This document shows positions 12,625 through 16,591 of a DNA stretch of 16,591 nt, one piece after another (position 1 is the stretch's first letter; every line of letters starts with the position of its first letter). A program made the translations under genes and the position numbers. The stretch lies in the IMG/VR virus record IMGVR_UViG_3300045988_136184. One strand, written 5' to 3'. Under the pieces are notes generated by a model. That model made no database searches. It had not been told where the DNA came from and was given only the letters and a program-made list of their open reading frames with translations. This stretch comes from a virus.

Positions 12625-13479
12625 CTATCCTTCCTTTTCGGTGGTCTTGTCGGTGGCGGTCACGCTGATTTCCAGCGAGTCCAGCTTCGCGCGCACGGCG
12701 TCCGCGACGATCTTGGATATGTCGGCCGGGTTCGCTCCCAGCGCCTTGCTAAGCGCCTCGATCGCGGCGGTCTGCGCCGTCAGCTGGGTTTTGAGGTCGG
12801 CTATGTCGTAACGCGCCTGGATGACGCTATCCAACACGTTGCGGCCGTCGTTGCCCTTGGTCTGGATCAACGCGTCGGCGGCCCGGTCCTTGAGCTCGTT
12901 CCGGGTCTGGATGATTCCATCGAAGAGATTGCGGCCGTCGTTGCCCTTGGTCTCGTAAAGGTCTTGCGCACTCACTGTTCCTGCTCCTGTCAAAAGTTGG
13001 TTTGCTTTGTTGATTACATAATCCACGTCCAGACCATTCGCGGCCCGGTCGGGACATCCTGCGTGATCGCTGCCTGGTATCTCTCGGTGCAACCACACGT
13101 TGCCTTTTAGCCCGTCGTGCCATAGGCGCGGCCAGCCGTATCGGCGCGCGATGTCCGCGCACAAGGCGGCGCTAGCGTCCATGCACGCCTTGGTGCAGGG
13201 GACGCCGGCCATGCCGCCTTCGTGCTCGATGCTGATGGTCTGGCAGTTCGACGCATAGTTGCTGTCGGTCCACGGCGCGTCAGTTTCTCGCACATACTGG
13301 TGGATCAGGCCCGTGGAGCCGATGCCGTATGTGCTGGACGCCTGGCGCACCGGATTCTGAAACGTCGCGTCGGTGCCGGCGAGACGGCCTACCATGATGT
13401 GCAGGGTGATGTGCGTGACCTCGTAGCCGTTGCGTCCCGCGTAGTGGTTGGGGCTGCCTATCCATGTGCTATTGACCAT
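12625..13479 (-). CDS. Endolysin: N-acetylmuramoyl-L-alanine amidase (Amidase_2 / PGRP fold) with a repeat-containing C-terminal region, 284 aa
   Basis: Zinc-ligand pattern: THITLH ... WLHREIPGSDHAGCPD. The RBS AAGGAG lies 8 nt upstream of the ATG at 13479. The C-terminus has two 30-aa repeats, TKGNDGRN(L/V)(F/L)D..IQ.R, followed by a coiled segment. Confidence 0.85.
   Translation of the reverse strand: MVNSTWIGSPNHYAGRNGYEVTHITLHIMVGRLAGTDATFQNPVRQASSTYGIGSTGLIHQYVRETDAPWTDSNYASNCQTISIEHEGGMAGVPCTKACMDASAALCADIARRYGWPRLWHDGLKGNVWLHREIPGSDHAGCPDRAANGLDVDYVINKANQLLTGAGTVSAQDLYETKGNDGRNLFDGIIQTRNELKDRAADALIQTKGNDGRNVLDSVIQARYDIADLKTQLTAQTAAIEALSKALGANPADISKIVADAVRAKLDSLEISVTATDKTTEKEG
12849..12963. 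repeat. Two perfect 25-bp direct repeats (ttgcggccgtcgttgcccttggtct) 90 bp apart inside the endolysin gene
   Basis: The copies lie at 12849-12873 and 12939-12963. They encode the TKGNDGRN cores of the 30-aa protein repeats. Confidence 0.9.
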
Positions 13480-13493
13480 TCATTTGTCTCCTT

Positions 13494-13736
13494 TCAATCG
13501 TCTCGATGCTCGAAAAGCCCTTCCGGTGGCTCAGGCGGTGGTGGCGGTGCTCGCCGGTATATGTGATCCACGAGAGCACGGTTCCATTGCCACAACAGGG
13601 AATTGTCGGTCTGCATCTGTTGCGCGAGCCGGTACGCCTCCAACCGGTCGCGCGAGGCGGTTGCTACGGTCTGGATAATCGCGCCCAGCACCACGCCGGC
13701 GACGCCGACCACCGACACGATTGCTTCCTCGCTCAT
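13494..13736 (-). CDS. Small membrane protein with an N-terminal TM helix (possible second holin or lysis regulator), 80 aa
   Basis: The real start is MSEEAIVSVVGVAGVVLGAIIQTVA at 13736, forming an ATGA overlap with the upstream stop. It has a Pro-rich C-terminus (APPPPPEPPEG) and lies directly upstream of the endolysin. Confidence 0.55.
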   Translation of the reverse strand: MSEEAIVSVVGVAGVVLGAIIQTVATASRDRLEAYRLAQQMQTDNSLLWQWNRALVDHIYRRAPPPPPEPPEGLFEHRDD

Positions 13737-14437
13737 AGCTCCACCACGTTGAGATAGCCGGCCACGCGCATTGTGCCGCTGTTGTTGGAGTAGAACGAGA
13801 CCTGGATTCCGCCGGTGCCGTCGGATTCGATGACGGTCACACACTCAATTGCGCTGAACGCATTACCAGAGGTGCTTGATTCCGCCGCACTCGGGAGCAG
13901 TGACGAGGCGCCTCCTACCGTCGCCACCCCGATGCTTAGCCATGTCATGTCTGCGATACCGGAGAACTGCATGTATTCTTTGACCAGCCATCGGCCGGCC
14001 GGCAGAATCGCATACGCGCCCTTGCTATTGGCAGTCGTCTTGATGTCGGCGCTTCCGGTCACGTTGGAGAACATCATGTATGTGTCGCCGTTGTTCAGGA
14101 TGAGGTCGTTCGCGGATCTTTTGAACCGGCAGCCCCACGTGCGTTTCTGTCGAATCTCCACGGGGTGCCAGGCGTCGCCAAGACGGTAGTACAGACCATT
14201 GCGTTGCATGGTGTCACCGGTGACCACGCCTGATTGTCCATTCACGCCTTCCAGTGACTCCAATGTCTCCAGCGTGGTTGCAGTCACTGGCGATACGCCT
14301 TCGGGGGTCGCTCGCGCGTCGATTTCGCGCAAGACCTTTTCGACGCCTTCTGCCGTCTGTCGGAACTGTGTGGGGGCGGACGATACGAGTTCATCGGCCT
14401 CGATATAGGGGATGCCGTACACGCTTGTGGTCTTCAT
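13733..14437 (-). CDS. Minor tail protein / putative receptor-binding protein, 234 aa
   Basis: The real start is MKTTSVYGIPYIEADELVSSAPTQFRQTAEGVEKVLREID at 14437 (ATGA overlap). This N-terminal pattern is common in actinophage tail fibre or minor tail proteins. It is the last structural gene before the lysis genes. The 155 upstream Arg-rich residues of the track ORF are rejected. Confidence 0.6.
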   Translation of the reverse strand: MKTTSVYGIPYIEADELVSSAPTQFRQTAEGVEKVLREIDARATPEGVSPVTATTLETLESLEGVNGQSGVVTGDTMQRNGLYYRLGDAWHPVEIRQKRTWGCRFKRSANDLILNNGDTYMMFSNVTGSADIKTTANSKGAYAILPAGRWLVKEYMQFSGIADMTWLSIGVATVGGASSLLPSAAESSTSGNAFSAIECVTVIESDGTGGIQVSFYSNNSGTMRVAGYLNVVEL

Positions 14438-15963
14438 CCTTGTGATCCTTCCTGTGTTGGTTGTGAGAATTGTCGAATTAACGCGAGCTCGGCTAGTGTG
14501 AACCGGCACATGTCCCATGTGACGGGCCATGCACCCATATCCGCCCACGTGGTCGCGGTATCGGTCTTGACGGGCAACGGCCATAACGTGACCTCGTTGC
14601 GGAGCAACGGCCGCCCGCTCGACCACTGGTAGGTGAGCGTGCCGCCGATGGTCGCCCACGCGCCGCCCGCGGCGGGTATGCCGTCGTCGCCGGTGAGACG
14701 TGACGACGTGGCGCCCTGGATGACGAGCGGCCCGGAACTGGCGGTGAGATACAGGCGCGCGTGCGTGGCCGGGTCCAGCTTGCGGCCGTCGAACACCACC
14801 GTTGCCGGCCGTAACCGCCGGTCGATGGTGACGAGCAGTCGGGCGAACGCGTCGCGATCCGCGTCGGTCGGGGCCCACACGCTGCCGCCCGCGCGGCCCC
14901 ATACGCCGCCCGACTCGTCGGCCGTCACCACGTCGGCCTCAACGGTGACGCTGGATTGCGTGGCCTTCAGGTTCGCCGGCAGCCGGCCCATGTCCGTCAA
15001 AGCAGTTTCGTGCTGGTCGAACTCAAGCGCGCCGTCGGACGCTTTCGCTGTCTTGCCCTGAATAACGAACTGGGTGACGGGTTCCGGGATCGTCAATGAT
15101 TGTTCGTCGTCGGTGATGACGTCGGCGGCGTCCAGGCCGTCCAGCGTCTCGCCCGTCCAGTCGGTCACGGTAAGTCGGGCTGTGTCGTCGATGCCGATGC
15201 TGGCGGGCGCGCCGAACGGCATGTAGTCGATGCGGCTCGCGTCGCGGTCGGGGTATTCATACCACAGCGGCCACATTCGTGAGTGCGCGTAGAGACGGTG
15301 GAGCAGGGCGAGCTGTGACGGGTAGTCGTCGGTCCGGTAGGGTGCCACGGATGCGGTGATGGGGAGACCGTTGGCGTTGGCCTGCGGCGCGTCCGCCTCC
15401 CCGGCACGTCGGTTGAGCTCCGTCAATCGTTCGGCCATGGTGCCGACCCAGTGCAGGCCCGTGTAGCGTGCGTCGGACGAGATGGGCCCTTGTTTCTGCA
15501 TTCTTTTCCACAGGATCATGCGGCTGGAGGCGCTGAGTTCCAGTAGCCAGCCGTCGCCGTGGGACCGGGTTTCGCCGCCGTTCTGCACCAGTCCGTCGAA
15601 CAATGTCGTCGCCGTGCTGGACTTGCCGGACGGGTTGCCGGGCGTGTACGCCTGGTGCATCGCGTCCAAACGCATGCGCTGCGCCGACCATGCGCCCATG
15701 TCGTCGCTGAGCATGCCCCATGTGGGTTGTGCCGAGATCTGCACGAGCACGCGCGCGCCGGCCAGGGCGAGGGCGCGGCCGGTGAGCCAGCCGGTCGAGT
15801 CGCGCAGCCGGAACGTCATCACGGACGGTTCGGGCTGCTGGTCGATGCCGTCGGTGCCCCACTGGATGCTGAAGCCGTCCAATGCGGCCACGTCGTTGTC
15901 GTGGTCGTTGACGGCAACCCAGCCGTCGCCCCAGTCGAGGAACATGAAACACTGCTGCGCCAT
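14434..15963 (-). CDS. Minor tail protein, distal-tail (Dit)-like N-terminus with a long C-terminal extension, 509 aa
   Basis: The real start is MAQQCFMFLDWGDGWVAVND at 15963. It forms a TGATG junction with the tape measure stop and has a GCGAGG RBS. The position directly after the tape measure gene supports the call. The upstream 200 residues of the track ORF overlap the tape measure frame and are rejected. Confidence 0.6.
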   Translation of the reverse strand: MAQQCFMFLDWGDGWVAVNDHDNDVAALDGFSIQWGTDGIDQQPEPSVMTFRLRDSTGWLTGRALALAGARVLVQISAQPTWGMLSDDMGAWSAQRMRLDAMHQAYTPGNPSGKSSTATTLFDGLVQNGGETRSHGDGWLLELSASSRMILWKRMQKQGPISSDARYTGLHWVGTMAERLTELNRRAGEADAPQANANGLPITASVAPYRTDDYPSQLALLHRLYAHSRMWPLWYEYPDRDASRIDYMPFGAPASIGIDDTARLTVTDWTGETLDGLDAADVITDDEQSLTIPEPVTQFVIQGKTAKASDGALEFDQHETALTDMGRLPANLKATQSSVTVEADVVTADESGGVWGRAGGSVWAPTDADRDAFARLLVTIDRRLRPATVVFDGRKLDPATHARLYLTASSGPLVIQGATSSRLTGDDGIPAAGGAWATIGGTLTYQWSSGRPLLRNEVTLWPLPVKTDTATTWADMGAWPVTWDMCRFTLAELALIRQFSQPTQEGSQG

Positions 15964-16591
15964 CAGTTGCCTCGCTTCCGGTCGTAGTCGCGGAGAATCT
16001 TCCTGATTTCGCGTGCCACGCCCTCGCGGTCCACGGGCGCGTTGAACGTGACGTTGAAAACGGTGGCCGTACTGGCCGCCTGACTGCCGGCGGTGGTACC
16101 GCCGTTGAACACGACGTTGGACAGGCGGCCGTTGATGTTGCCGATGGCGCGGCGCACGTCGGTGTCGAAGCCGAGGCCAAGGCCTTTGGCGAGGCCCTGC
16201 ATGATGAGGCGGCCGTTTTTCACCAGCAGCACCTTGTCGTAGGCGGCGGGGCCCTTGTGCTCCGCGATCCAGTCGGCGATGCCGCCGATGAACCCGGTCA
16301 CGTTGTTCCACGCGGATTTCAGACCGTCGAGGAAACCCTCGATGATGCTTGAGCCCGCGTTCCACAGCAGCCGTCCAACGTTGCCGATGGCGGACAGGAT
16401 GCGGCCGGGCAGTCCACTGAACCAGCTGACCACGTTGTTCCACGTGTTCTGCGCGAACTGGGCTGCGCTGGAGAAGAACGCGCCTATCCTGCCGGGCAGT
16501 GATTGGAAGAATCCGATGATGTTGTTCACGCACGCGCCGATGAAGTTGGTGAAGTTGCTCCATATCTGCCGACCGCTTTCGGTCTGGGTAA
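15963..16591 (-). CDS. Tail tape measure protein, C-terminal part (16451-16591 duplicates 1-141); the whole protein is 692 aa
   Basis: The track ORF 15963-16529 (NNIIGFFQSLPGRIGAFF...KILRDYDRKRGN) is open up to the window end. Position 16529 corresponds to position 79, which is in frame with the ATG at 1591. The sequence has Gly/Ala-rich repeats and a hydrophobic segment, as is typical of tape measure proteins. Confidence 0.85.
   Translation of the reverse strand, partial: TQTESGRQIWSNFTNFIGACVNNIIGFFQSLPGRIGAFFSSAAQFAQNTWNNVVSWFSGLPGRILSAIGNVGRLLWNAGSSIIEGFLDGLKSAWNNVTGFIGGIADWIAEHKGPAAYDKVLLVKNGRLIMQGLAKGLGLGFDTDVRRAIGNINGRLSNVVFNGGTTAGSQAASTATVFNVTFNAPVDREGVAREIRKILRDYDRKRGN
16451..16591. 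repeat. Terminal overlap copy 2 (identical to 1-141)
   Basis: Same 141-nt string as the window start. Confidence 0.95.

Larger units (their letters stand above)
1..16450. mobile_element. Complete circularised genome of a small temperate siphovirus-like phage (unit length 16,450 bp)
   Basis: The 141-nt terminal identity closes the circle. The tape measure ORF is in frame across the junction (1591 + 488 nt = 2079 nt = 693 codons). The element carries full packaging, head, tail and lysis modules plus an integrase, attP and a repressor/cro switch. Confidence 0.85.

Noticed and set aside
12849-12963. A CRISPR-like or other repeat array
   Set aside because: There are only two copies, they lie inside a well-supported coding frame, and they encode a duplicated peptide motif. 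No other spaced repeat series exists in the window.
13733-16563. The long N-terminal extensions of track ORFs 13733-14902 (389 aa) and 14434-16563 (709 aa), and the alternative-frame ORF 15257-16180
   Set aside because: The extensions are extremely Arg/His/Pro-rich and overlap the upstream gene in another frame. Internal ATGs at 14437 and 15963 sit exactly on ATGA/TGATG coupling junctions, and protein-like sequence begins only from there.

Overview
This GC-rich window (by eye over 60% G+C) has identical first and last 141 nt (1-141 = 16451-16591). It is therefore a circularly closed contig with a unit length of 16,450 bp. The content is a complete, very compact temperate siphovirus-like (HK97-type) phage genome, probably from an actinobacterial host; the host call rests only on GC content and gene families and cannot be confirmed here.

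Almost everything lies on the minus strand as one long series of translationally coupled genes (ATGA, GTGA and TGATG junctions). In transcription order these are: a cro-like HTH gene, five small ORFans (including a CxxC...CxxC zinc-ribbon protein), a ~430-bp non-coding region, a 110-aa ORF, an Xis-like HTH gene, an HNH endonuclease fused to a P-loop NTPase domain, the small and large terminase subunits, the portal, a prohead protease-major capsid fusion, neck and tail proteins, a G/GT tail chaperone with a -1 frameshift, a 692-aa tape measure that wraps across the contig junction, two tail-tip proteins, a membrane protein, an amidase endolysin and a holin.

The plus strand carries only a CI-like HTH repressor and a 279-aa tyrosine integrase. 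A tRNA 3'-end fragment (the attP core) lies inside the 3' part of the repressor ORF, and that ORF ends in ...ILAA. Together with the divergent cro-like gene, this matches the integration-dependent immunity layout described for some mycobacteriophages.

Other points worth a second look:
- An inverted second copy of the tRNA fragment forms a 26-bp hairpin.
- No recognisable replication genes are present.
- There is a phased GAYGTT repeat array between the large terminase and portal genes.
- The HNH-terS gap (the likely cos region) contains a strong hairpin plus T-run on the strand opposite to the genes.
- The endolysin C-terminus is built from 30-aa tandem repeats.

I found no rRNA, no complete tRNA, no CRISPR array and no transposase.
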